From NCBI GenBank assembly GCA_036476895.1, contig JAZGCJ010000261.1, positions 1 to 46,561 on the forward strand: a stretch of DNA of 46,561 bases, given 5' to 3'. Source of the DNA: Thermodesulfobacteriota bacterium (GTDB taxonomy: Bacteria > Desulfobacterota_D > UBA1144 > Nemesobacterales > JAZGCJ01). How positions within the stretch are numbered: position 1 is the first letter of the stretch; every line of letters begins with the position of its first letter. Below, in pieces: positions 10,149-19,928 of this stretch. The notes beneath the pieces are model-generated. The model searched no databases, had not been told where the DNA came from, and saw nothing but the letters and a program-made list of their open reading frames with translations. The position numbers and the translations under genes are program-made.

Positions 10149-10889
10149 ATGAAACTGTTTGGAGCCTATTTAGTTATTATTGTTTTAGCCATCGTATCAT
10201 GCAGTAATGATAATGAAAAAAAATATGAAAAAACCGATGTTTCAAACAACCAAGTTTCAAACAACCAATCTGAATCAGAATCGCATGATAACAATATCAA
10301 CAAAACCAGCACGGACTTACAAGGCTCAGATGAAGTTACGCTAAGCAATTTGCCACGTTTAAAATCCATAGAAATAAAGCAAGTATCTGATAACTTAAAA
10401 GATGGTTTTATAGCAAATGTTAGCGCATTTGAAACAGATGATGGATTAACAGATTTTCGCTACAGATGGAAAAAAAATGGTGAGATAATCGATGGAGCAG
10501 ATGAAGAAATACTTATTTGGCAAGATGACTTTAAACGCGGGGATACTATATCTTTGGGGGTAACACCCTTTAATTCATACAGAGAAGGAGCTTGGGAAAA
10601 TGAAGTGGATTTCACTATACCAAACAGCTATCCAGAATTTTTATCCTTACCTCCAAACACGATTGAAGATGGGAAGTTTCACTATCGGGTTATTGCTACC
10701 GATCCCGACGGAGATGACATTGAAATCACTTTAAACAATGCGCCTGAAGGTATGTCGTTTGATAAGGAAACCGGAATAGTTATTTGGGAATTTGATCAAG
10801 ACAATATAGGGAACTATAAGTTCTCAATAACTACAACTGACTCTTACGGTGCAACCGCTACTCAAAATCTTGATTTGAATATTGAATAA
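10149..10889 (+). CDS. Lipoprotein with Ig-like/cadherin-like domains
   Basis: Lipobox IVSC, low-complexity linker, ATDPDGD and APEGM.FD..TG motifs typical of putative Ig domains; GAGGTG RBS. Confidence 0.75.
   Translation: MKLFGAYLVIIVLAIVSCSNDNEKKYEKTDVSNNQVSNNQSESESHDNNINKTSTDLQGSDEVTLSNLPRLKSIEIKQVSDNLKDGFIANVSAFETDDGLTDFRYRWKKNGEIIDGADEEILIWQDDFKRGDTISLGVTPFNSYREGAWENEVDFTIPNSYPEFLSLPPNTIEDGKFHYRVIATDPDGDDIEITLNNAPEGMSFDKETGIVIWEFDQDNIGNYKFSITTTDSYGATATQNLDLNIE
10239..10268 (+). repeat. 15-bp perfect tandem duplication GTTTCAAACAACCAA x2 (VSNNQ x2)
   Basis: Seen directly in the lipoprotein linker; in frame. Confidence 0.9.
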
Positions 10890-10987
10890 AGAAACTATCA
10901 GACGATGAGCTCTCCAATCCTTAACTTTCTGCTAAAATAAATATTCATTAATATTTTTAATATACTCTCTTATAAACTCTATTATTA

Positions 10988-11668
10988 ATGAAAAACTCCG
11001 TTCGATTACAAAACGTATCGAAACATTATAAGGAAAGCGAGAAAACTATAACTATATTGGACAGAAGTAACTGGGAGATAAACGGCAGTAATCTAATTGC
11101 AATTATCGGTAAAAGTGGTTCCGGGAAATCCACATTGATTAACTTAATAAGCGGTATAGACACTCCTAATAATGGCTCAATTTATATTGGAGATACATGC
11201 ATAAGTGAACTGTCTGATGAAGAAAGAGCCATATTTAGAAGGAGAAACGTTGGCATTGTATTTCAATTCTTTAACTTAATTCCAACATTAAACGTGCTCG
11301 ACAATGCTGTACTCCCACTTAGACTGGATGGCCTGAGCAACTCAAGATGTTACGACTTAGGAAAGAACCTTCTAAATAGAGTTGGGTTGGAGGACAAGAT
11401 GTTTGCAATGCCTGAAAAATTATCTGGCGGTGAACAACAGAGGGTTGCTATAGCTAGATCATTATCAAACAATCCTGAAATAATCCTAGCAGACGAACCC
11501 ACGGGAAGTTTAGACATTGAAACTTCAAAAGAAATATTAAATCTGTTTCTTGAAACTGTTAAAAGCGAAAAAAAAACAGCCATTATCGTAACTCATAGCG
11601 ATGAAATAATTAATGACGCTGATGAGGTTCACATTTTAGAAAATTCTAAAATAACGAGAATTAAATGA
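10988..11668 (+). CDS. ABC transporter ATP-binding protein (LolD/YbbA/AttE-like)
   Basis: GKSGSGKST Walker [32 protein letters not shown]. Confidence 0.95.
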   Translation: MKNSVRLQNVSKHYKESEKTITILDRSNWEINGSNLIAIIGKSGSGKSTLINLISGIDTPNNGSIYIGDTCISELSDEERAIFRRRNVGIVFQFFNLIPTLNVLDNAVLPLRLDGLSNSRCYDLGKNLLNRVGLEDKMFAMPEKLSGGEQQRVAIARSLSNNPEIILADEPTGSLDIETSKEILNLFLETVKSEKKTAIIVTHSDEIINDADEVHILENSKITRIK

Positions 11669-14220
11669 ATATAGGTATTTTAAAGATTGGACTAAATTAT
11701 CTTAAAAGAAGTCTGTTCCAAAGTTTCCTTCTGTTATTAGGTGTAGCCGTTGGTGTTTCAACAATTGTAGCAGTAGATATTGCAAATATAAGTTCCATCA
11801 GATCACTCGAAAGTTCAATTAGGAGTATAAATACTAATATTAGCCACAGTATAGTCGGAAATTCATCCGGTTTCGATGAAAAGATATATACGGAACTACG
11901 TTCAAATATCCGGACAACAAACTTAATTCCTGTAGTAGAAGGATATCTGGAAATTGTTGAATTCCATACAAATCCAGTACGAATAATCGGTTTAGATCCT
12001 ATACCACAACTAAGTTATCTAGATGATTCTGCATATTCCGGCAATTTAATTAATGATCCAGCCATAGACAAACTAATATCAATCCCGAACACAGTTTTTG
12101 TATCTCAGCAAACGGCTGAAGAAAATCAATTAACTATAGGAAATAACATAACTTCAAATAACAACGGAGTAATACACAAATTACGGATTGTCGGGATAAT
12201 TTAATCTATTAGCGGAAAGTCTGAAAGCTTAAAAAACATTTTAATAACAGACATTTCCACGGCACAAGAATTATTAAACAAACTCGGAAAGATCGACAAA
12301 ATTGATATTTTTGATATAGCTAAAAATGATTCATATCTACAGGCAATTGAACTAGCCATTCCGGAGAATCTCAGGATTACGGAACTAAGCTCTGCGATCG
12401 CAAATTCGAAAAATATAATAAAACCGTTCGAGCTTAACCTCCTTGCCCTAAGCATGTTGGCAATACTTGTTGCTATGTTTCTTATATTTAACTCATTTTA
12501 CTTGTCAATCAATCAAAGAAAAACTACCCTTGGCACCTTAAGAGCCATTGGAGCCACTAAGAAACAAATTTTTTTGTCTATTTTGTTTGAAGCGATCGTT
12601 GTAGGATCAATAGCAACGTTTTTTGGTATTGTTATCGGGATTGTTCTTGGGAAATCACTACTGATTTTAGTAACAAGAACGATAAACGATATATATTTTA
12701 ATATAACCGCTAATACAATTCATATTTCAAGTTTTACAATCATTAAAGGTATTTTTGTTGGTTTATTTGCCTCTGTTATTTCAACAATTATACCGGCCTG
12801 GATTGCAATGAATGTATCTCCCATAAGAAATATGAGGCAGTCAGATATTGACGAAAGAGCTAATCATAAATTGTGGGTATTTACGGCTCTAGGATTATTT
12901 TTTTCTCTTATTGCTCTAATATCAATCTTCACTTCGAAAAGAAATATAGAAATTGGTATAATAGGTATTTTTTTATTGATAATCGGCATCTCTTTTTTTA
13001 TACCGGCACTAATAAAAGTGACTCTATCAATAATTGAAATTACAATGAGCAGATTCCTAGAAATACCAGAGAAATTAGCAATAGGGAACATAAAGCAATC
13101 TCTAAGCACAGCTAGTGTAATTATCATAGGGCTGATGATTGCCGTATCGGTCTACGTTAGTGTCGAGTTGATGATAGGTAGTTTTCGAAATACCGTAAGC
13201 AGCTGGTTAGATACAACCCTATCGGCCGATGTTTTCATAACAACTAATAACATAAGAAACGACAAAACATTACCCCCTGGAAAACTAATATTAAAAGAGC
13301 TTCAAAATCTTCCAAACATTTCAGGTATAGATACTTCGAGACATGTAAAAGTCCTGAGTGATAAATACGGTCCTATAAATCTCATAGCATTAACAAATGA
13401 TATCTCTATAAGGAACAGAAAATTTATATGGAAAAAAGCAAAAACCGAAAAGCTTGAGGAACTTTTCAAGAGCGGTGAATTAATTATTTCAGAAAATTTC
13501 GCTTATAAAAAAAACATAAACAATCCCGGCCAAACCAAGATAGAGCTATTAACCGACGTAGGGTTAAAAGACTTTAAAATTGCAGGGATCTACAAGGACT
13601 ATGCATCACAATCCGGGTCAATACTAATAGATGATTCCATTTATCGTGCAAACTGGGATGACAAAAATATAACTTCTATAGCAATATTCATAAAAAATAA
13701 AGAGGATATCCAAGACTTTATATCAAGGTTAAAACAAACAATAGGAAGTCAATTCAACTTAAAGATCCAATCCGACTACGAGTTGAAAAAATCGGCTTTA
13801 ACTACCTTTGATAGAACATTCAAAGTTACCTCTGCGCTCAGAATTCTAATAATTATTGTAGCATTTATTGGAATACTGTCCTCCCTGATCTCACTGGAGC
13901 TTAAGAGAAAGAGAGAAATTGGTATTTTAAAAGCTTCTGGAATGGTACGTAATCAGATTAGAAGAATGGTTCTATTTGAAACGGGTACAATGGGACTGCT
14001 GGCAGGTGCATTTTCCATACCATTAGGTATTTTGATGTCGATTATCTTAATTTTCGTAATAAATGTAAGATCATTTGGATGGACCATAGACTTTTCCCTG
14101 GACTTATCTCCTCTGTTTATCGCACTGTTAATTTCACTTATATCATCCTTATTAGCTGGAATATATCCTTCATACAGATTTGAAAAATTGAAAACTGTGG
14201 ATTGCATAAGGGACGAATAA
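11665..14220 (+). pseudogene. FtsX/MacB-type ABC permease (AttF/G-like, about 850 aa) interrupted by one in-frame TAA at 12202-12204
   Basis: ORFs 11665..12204 and 12454..14220 are in the same frame; the gap is stop-free and encodes ITDISTAQELL..LGKIDKID and FELNLLALSM motifs. Confidence 0.8.
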
Positions 14221-14245
14221 GTAAAATATCATAAATATATATCAT

Positions 14246-15379
14246 ATGTACAATAAAATTCTTATAGTATTTATAGGAATAGTGATTTTACTCTTGGGTA
14301 TATTTTTATTTCAGTACAAAGACGAGATAGGGTCAGAAGAAACTAAAATAAAGAATTCACCTTCTATCTTCTTATCTCAATCCAAAACATCGGGGTATAG
14401 TCGTGCATATAAAGAACACAACTTTATATTCCCAGAGGACTTTGGTCCACACACCGACTTTCAAACAGAATGGTGGTACTATACCGGCAACCTAGAAAAT
14501 AAAGAGGGCAGACATTTCGGTTTTCAGCTTACCATCTTCAGAAGGAGCTTAAGTCCGAACAGGGTTATCAGAGAGTCTGCGTGGGCTGCAAACGAAATTT
14601 ATTTTGCCCATTTTGCAATCAGTGATATAAGAGAAAAACAACATCTTTCGAGTGAAAAATGGAATAGAGAGGCATTAGGTCTTGCAGGCGCTCTATCGGA
14701 TCCGTTTAAGGTGTGGATAGATAATTGGCAAATTAAATCAGTTGATAATTACGTAAAACTAACCGCAGCTTCGGATAATTTCAGCATCGATCTAACGTTG
14801 GAACAACTAAAGTCAATTGTGCTTCACGGAGAAAAGGGATTAAGCAGAAAAAGCAGCGAACCCGGAAACGCTTCTTATTACTACTCCCAAACCAGGCTCA
14901 GAACCGAAGGCACAATTGAAATAAACGGTAAGAAGTTTAAAGTTTCCGGATTCAGCTGGTTTGACCACGAGTGGAGTACAAGTGCTCTAAGTAAGAACCA
15001 AGTGGGTTGGGATTGGTTTTCATTCCAGCTTGATAATGGAACAGAATTAATGCTTTATCAACTTCGCTTAAAAGATGGTGAAACAGATAAATCCTCAAAC
15101 GGAACTTTCGTAAAAGAAAACGGGGATACCGTTCACCTTACTTCATCTGACTTTTCAATCGAAGTTTTAAAAAACTGGAAAAGCATTCGAACTAATGTTG
15201 TTTATCCCTCAAAATGGAGAGTGAAGATTTCCAAACTCGGTTTGGAATTTACATTTGAGCCGCACCTGTCGGATCAAGAAATCGATCACTCCTTTACTTA
15301 CTGGGAAGGCGCTGTGAAAGTAAAGACAAACGGTAAAGATATAGGTAACGGTTTTGCTGAGCTGGTTGGTTATGAATAA
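14246..15379 (+). CDS. AttH/CrtC-like lipocalin-domain protein
   Basis: FPEDFGPH.DFQTEWWYYTG, FGFQLTIFR, ASYYYS, WFDHEWST, GWDWF, YWEGAV, G.GF.EL.GY; N-terminal anchor. Confidence 0.88.
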   Translation: MYNKILIVFIGIVILLLGIFLFQYKDEIGSEETKIKNSPSIFLSQSKTSGYSRAYKEHNFIFPEDFGPHTDFQTEWWYYTGNLENKEGRHFGFQLTIFRRSLSPNRVIRESAWAANEIYFAHFAISDIREKQHLSSEKWNREALGLAGALSDPFKVWIDNWQIKSVDNYVKLTAASDNFSIDLTLEQLKSIVLHGEKGLSRKSSEPGNASYYYSQTRLRTEGTIEINGKKFKVSGFSWFDHEWSTSALSKNQVGWDWFSFQLDNGTELMLYQLRLKDGETDKSSNGTFVKENGDTVHLTSSDFSIEVLKNWKSIRTNVVYPSKWRVKISKLGLEFTFEPHLSDQEIDHSFTYWEGAVKVKTNGKDIGNGFAELVGYE

Positions 15380-15544
15380 AGTGATTATTAACTAATTTTA
15401 GTTTTGAGTAGATTTCAAGTAATTCGAGGACAGGTTAAATCATCCATCAAGCTCATGTCATTATGATTATCAATGTGATAATAATCCGATATTAAGGTAT
15501 TATTTTCACCACTTAAATTATTAAAACTTATTTATTTTAAAATA

Positions 15545-16351
15545 ATGTCGAAAATTATCAGTATTGCTAATCAAAAAGGCGGTGTTGGTAAAACTACTAC
15601 CGTAGTAAATCTTTCTGCATCATTAGCGGCTGCTCAAAAAAAGACCCTTTTTGTAGACCTCGATCCACAGGGTAACGCTACCAGCGGTGTCGGCATCGAT
15701 AAAGAATCATTACAAAAGAGTATTTATCACACACTCATTGGACAAATTCCAATTAGAGAAATCATTATAGATATTGAACCTGATAACCTTAAACACAACT
15801 TAAACGCCATACCTTCAAACAGTCAACTTGCAGGTGCTGAAATTGAATTAATCCAGATAGAAAACAGAGAATGGAAACTGAAAGAGTCATTGGATCTCAT
15901 AAAAGACAGCTACGATTTTATATTAATTGATTGCCCTCCTTCACTAAATTTACTTACCGTTAATGCATTAGCTGCTTCTGACTCCGTATTAATACCAGTC
16001 CAATGCGAGTATTATGCAATGGAAGGATTGAGTGACCTTAAACGCACAATTTCGCTAATAAAGCAAAGGCTTAATCCTGATCTGAAAATCGAAGGATATC
16101 TTTTAACCATGTTTGACACAAGAAACAATTTATGCCATTCGGTGGCGAACGAAATTAAAAACTATTTCAACAAAGAGGTTTTTCAAACCATTATTATGAG
16201 GAACGTAAAACTTGCCGAATCTCCAAGTTATGGTAAACCAATAATTCTTTACGACATTGGCTCTATTGGGGCAAATTGTTATATTTCTCTCGCAAAAGAG
16301 ATGATAATTAATAACGGAGGAAATAGTTTTGAGAAAGACTTCATTGGGTAA
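15545..16351 (+). CDS. parA: Chromosome partitioning ATPase ParA/Soj
   Basis: NQKGGVGKTTT, DLDPQGNATSG, DCPPSL, QCEYYAMEG, ESPSYG. Confidence 0.96.
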   Translation: MSKIISIANQKGGVGKTTTVVNLSASLAAAQKKTLFVDLDPQGNATSGVGIDKESLQKSIYHTLIGQIPIREIIIDIEPDNLKHNLNAIPSNSQLAGAEIELIQIENREWKLKESLDLIKDSYDFILIDCPPSLNLLTVNALAASDSVLIPVQCEYYAMEGLSDLKRTISLIKQRLNPDLKIEGYLLTMFDTRNNLCHSVANEIKNYFNKEVFQTIIMRNVKLAESPSYGKPIILYDIGSIGANCYISLAKEMIINNGGNSFEKDFIG

Positions 16352-17174
16352 AGGTTTAGATGCCCTTATTCCAAAAGACAATTTTATCGAAGGGTATATA
16401 TTTGTCTCTGTCAATGAACTCAGACCTAATCCAAATCAACCCAGGAAAAAATTCGACGAAGAATCCATATCACTTTTAGCCTCCTCCATTAAGGAGAAAG
16501 GGGTAATACAACCACTTATAGTCAGAAAACTGAATGGTACATATCAAATAGTCGCGGGCGAAAGAAGATGGAGAGCGGCACAAAAAGTTGGTACATCCAA
16601 GATCCCAATAATTGTTATGGATCTGTCTGATAGTGAATCTCTGGAATTAGCTTTAATAGAAAACTTGCAAAGAAAGGATCTCAATCCGATTGAGGAGGCT
16701 GAGGGCTACAAACAACTGATTGAAGAATTTGAGCTAACTCACGATCAGATATCTAAGCTAACCGGAAAAGACAGATCAACTATAACAAATCTCCTTCGTC
16801 TGCTGAAGCTTCCGGAGATAGCAAAAAATGAATTAATTTCCGAAGCGATAACTAGTGGACATGCCAGAGCACTCCTGAAAATAGAAGAAGACCAATTGAT
16901 TATTGAAGCAATCACCCAGATAAAAAAACAAAATCTATCTGTAAGACAAACCGAGAGACTTGTTGAAAAAAAGCCAGAATTAAATCCAGGACCACAAATT
17001 AACAAAGATCGGTTAAATCCGTATTTAAAGGAGATAAGGGATGGCTTAGTCAGAGTATTGGGTACAAACGTGAACATAATTGATAAAAATGGCACAGGCA
17101 GAATAGAAATAGAATACTATTCACAAGAGGAGCTGGAAAGACTGATTGCTCTTCTTAAGGATTCCGCTGACTAG
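16329..17174 (+). CDS. parB: Chromosome partitioning protein ParB
   Basis: LGKGLDALI, PNPNQPRK.F, AGERRWRA, ENLQR.DLNPIEEA, HTH, GHARALL. Confidence 0.96.
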   Translation: MRKTSLGKGLDALIPKDNFIEGYIFVSVNELRPNPNQPRKKFDEESISLLASSIKEKGVIQPLIVRKLNGTYQIVAGERRWRAAQKVGTSKIPIIVMDLSDSESLELALIENLQRKDLNPIEEAEGYKQLIEEFELTHDQISKLTGKDRSTITNLLRLLKLPEIAKNELISEAITSGHARALLKIEEDQLIIEAITQIKKQNLSVRQTERLVEKKPELNPGPQINKDRLNPYLKEIRDGLVRVLGTNVNIIDKNGTGRIEIEYYSQEELERLIALLKDSAD

Positions 17175-17186
17175 CGATATAATACA

Positions 17187-17438
17187 ATGAAAGAATTTAA
17201 CATAAAAATTGAAATAAAATTGAAACCGGTGGTTCTTGATCCCCAAGGTAAATCGGTACTTTCAGCCTTACACAAACTGGGCTTTAAAGACGTTACAAAT
17301 ACAAGGATCGGGAAAATAATTGAGCTATCGGTAAACGGCGATGATAAAGATAAAGTCCTTGAAAAAGTTGACTCTATGTGCAAAATACTTTTAGCAAACC
17401 CCGTTATTGAAAACTACGAATTTCAAATCGTTAACTAA
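17187..17438 (+). CDS. purS: FGAM synthase subunit PurS
   Basis: LKP.VLDPQG, GK.IEL, LLANPVIENY. Confidence 0.96.
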   Translation: MKEFNIKIEIKLKPVVLDPQGKSVLSALHKLGFKDVTNTRIGKIIELSVNGDDKDKVLEKVDSMCKILLANPVIENYEFQIVN

Positions 17439-17439
17439 A

Positions 17440-18159
17440 ATGATAAATTTCGGTGTAATCGTTTTTCCGGGATCAAACTGTGATCATGATTGCTACTATT
17501 CTATAAAAAAGGTGTTTGGTCAAAACTGTGATTTTGTATGGCACGAGGAAACAAATCTTGATGGTTTGGACTGCTTAATTATACCAGGTGGTTTTTCTTA
17601 CGGTGATTATCTTAGATCAGGAGCAATTGCATGTTTATCACCGGTTATGGAATCGGTAAAGGATTTTGCCAGTCTCGGAAAGCCAGTTCTTGGCATATGT
17701 AACGGATTCCAGATATTAATCGAATCGGGGATGCTTCCAGGCTCGCTTATTAAAAACTCTTCATTGAAATTCGTTTGCAAGTGGGTAAATCTGATAGTTG
17801 AAAATTCCAATACGCCATTCACCTATCTTTGTAAAAAAGGTGATATTCTGAGAATTCCAATCGCCCATGGTGAAGGAAACTATTACACCGACCATAAAAC
17901 ATTGGAAAATCTCTATAATAATTCAAACCTTGTTTTTAGATACACGGATAAAATCGGTGATTGTAATTCAAAGGCTAATCCAAATGGCTCAATCGACAAT
18001 ATTGCGGGTATTTGTAATAACACAGAAAATGTCTTGGGCATGATGCCTCATCCAGAAAGATGCACTGAAGATATCATGGGGGGATTCGAAGGAAAGATTA
18101 TATTCCAATCTGTAATCGAGTGGATTCATCAACAGAAAATATTAATTAATAGTGCTTAA
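17440..18159 (+). CDS. purQ: FGAM synthase glutaminase subunit PurQ
   Basis: FPGSNCD, PGGFSYGDYLRSGA, GICNGFQ, AHGEG, GMMPHPER; ATG 17440 directly after purS. Confidence 0.97.
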   Translation: MINFGVIVFPGSNCDHDCYYSIKKVFGQNCDFVWHEETNLDGLDCLIIPGGFSYGDYLRSGAIACLSPVMESVKDFASLGKPVLGICNGFQILIESGMLPGSLIKNSSLKFVCKWVNLIVENSNTPFTYLCKKGDILRIPIAHGEGNYYTDHKTLENLYNNSNLVFRYTDKIGDCNSKANPNGSIDNIAGICNNTENVLGMMPHPERCTEDIMGGFEGKIIFQSVIEWIHQQKILINSA

Positions 18160-18227
18160 GATTGTGCGTAAGCACCTTCTGTGGTAATATTTTTAATAAA
18201 ATTCTTTTCTTTTCCGGAGCATTCTCA

Positions 18228-18464
18228 ATGAATTTAAGAAAGACGGATGAAAAAATCGATATAACAAATGAGATATGCCCCATGACATTCGTAAAGACCA
18301 AGCTTAAATTAGAAAAAATGCCACCTGGCCAGCTTCTGGAAGTTACATTGAGAGAAGGAGAACCTCTCGCCAACGTTCCAAAGTGTATTAAAGAGGAAGG
18401 ACACAACGTAGTTGACATTATAAAAGACGGCGATTTTTATAAAATTATAATTGAGCGTTGTTAA
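18228..18464 (+). CDS. TusA/SirA-family sulfur carrier
   Basis: D...EICPMTFVKTKLKLE....G..LEV; GGAG RBS before ATG 18228; TAATG coupling to the cysteine synthase. Confidence 0.88.
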   Translation: MNLRKTDEKIDITNEICPMTFVKTKLKLEKMPPGQLLEVTLREGEPLANVPKCIKEEGHNVVDIIKDGDFYKIIIERC

Positions 18465-19411
18465 TGGAACTCCCGCTGATCAAGCAAGCCAAAACCCACC
18501 AGAGAAAAAAAACCGTTAGATCAATCATAGATTTAATTGGGAACACCCCCTTAATCAGACTAAAGAAAATATCTGAACCATATAACCCAAAGGTAGAAAT
18601 CTTTGCTAAAGCAGAGTGGTTCAATCCAGGAGGATCGGTTAAGGACAGACCCGCTCTTAATATGATTATGGATGGTATCAATACGGGCAATCTAACCAAG
18701 GAAAAAATCATAATGGATTCATCCTCAGGAAACACAGCCATTGCATACGCAATGATTGGAGCTGCACTAGGGTATAAAGTTGAACTGGTAACACCTCTAA
18801 ATATAAATATCGAAAGAAAAAAGACATTGGAAGCTTACGGTGCAAAAATTATCTTTTCAGACCCCTTGGAAGGATCTGATGGTGCAATATTATTTGCAAA
18901 AAAGTTATATGAAGAAAACACTGATAAATACTTTATGCCCGACCAATACAATAATCCCGCAAACCCGGAATCTCATTATAAATTCACTGCAAACGAAATA
19001 TGGGAACAAACAAATGGCAGCATCACGCACTTCATTGCAGCCCTGGGAACAAGCGGAACCTTAATGGGCGCTGGAAAAAGATTAAAGGAGTTAAACCCGG
19101 ACATAAGGATAATTGCCATACAACCGGCCGAATCACTTCACGGGCTTGAAGGTATGAAGCATATGTACACATCGTTAGTACCGGGCATATATGATTCCAC
19201 TTTTCCCGACGAGATTATAGATGTTTCAACCGAGGACGCCTATAACATGATGCAGGATATCCTGTTAAAAGAAGGTATATTTTTGGGACATTCAGGAGGA
19301 GCTGTTGCGTATGCAACACTTAATTATTCAAAAAAAATAGATGAAGGGGTGCTTGTAACAATTTTCCCTGATAGTGGCTACAGGTATCTAAGTGAAGGAA
19401 TATGGTGGTAA
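18464..19411 (+). CDS. cysM: Cysteine synthase, CysM type (PLP-dependent)
   Basis: IGNTPL, NPGGSVKDR, SSGNT, DQYNNPAN, GTSGT, FPDSG.RYLS. Confidence 0.88.
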   Translation: MELPLIKQAKTHQRKKTVRSIIDLIGNTPLIRLKKISEPYNPKVEIFAKAEWFNPGGSVKDRPALNMIMDGINTGNLTKEKIIMDSSSGNTAIAYAMIGAALGYKVELVTPLNINIERKKTLEAYGAKIIFSDPLEGSDGAILFAKKLYEENTDKYFMPDQYNNPANPESHYKFTANEIWEQTNGSITHFIAALGTSGTLMGAGKRLKELNPDIRIIAIQPAESLHGLEGMKHMYTSLVPGIYDSTFPDEIIDVSTEDAYNMMQDILLKEGIFLGHSGGAVAYATLNYSKKIDEGVLVTIFPDSGYRYLSEGIWW

Positions 19412-19818
19412 ACATCAAATTATCATCTTTTAATGAGATCATAAAACATGCCGAAGATGGCTATCCGCACGAGGTATGCGGTGTGTTAATAGGAACAGAA
19501 AACAACATATCTGAATACAAAAAATGCAGAAACCTTAATAGTGAGAGGGCTCATGACAGATATGAATTAGACCCGCTATCATTTAAAGAAGCAGACGATT
19601 ATGCAAGATCAAAAGGGTTGGAGATCATTGGTATATACCACTCTCATCCTGATCATCCTTCTAGACCGTCAGAATTTGATAGGGAAAGAGCATGGCACAA
19701 CTGGCATTATATTATTGTATCAATTAACCGGGGAAAGCATAATGATTCGAGAAGCTGGCTGTTGAATGGCAATGGTTCGCAATTTAATGAAGAAATAATA
19801 GAAATAACTGATAAGTAA
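19402..19818 (+). CDS. JAB/MPN metallopeptidase (M67, Mec/CysO-cysteine peptidase-like)
   Basis: YPHEVCGVL and YHSHPDHPSRPSEFD (JAMM E..HxH-x7-SxxD); overlaps the cysM end. Confidence 0.93.
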   Translation: MVVNIKLSSFNEIIKHAEDGYPHEVCGVLIGTENNISEYKKCRNLNSERAHDRYELDPLSFKEADDYARSKGLEIIGIYHSHPDHPSRPSEFDRERAWHNWHYIIVSINRGKHNDSRSWLLNGNGSQFNEEIIEITDK

Positions 19819-19848
19819 TTAATATTGATTTTTTAACTATTTGCATTC

Positions 19849-19877
19849 TTGACATCCATATATAGCTCAAACATACT
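19849..19877 (+). promoter_or_regulatory. Sigma70-type promoter for nuoN
   Basis: TTGACA-N17-CATACT about 50 bp upstream of nuoN. Confidence 0.6.
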
Positions 19878-19928
19878 ACACTACCTAAAATTCCTCTGCA
19901 TATCCCTCCTAATGGAACAGGTTAAACT

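Noticed and set aside
15380-17186. parS site or oriC beside parAB; ATTATCA-N3-TGATAAT palindrome at 15466-15482
   Set aside because: No TGTTTCACGTGAAACA-like site or DnaA-box cluster was seen by eye. The 7-bp palindrome is AT-rich, has the opposite orientation to a Fur box and could be chance.
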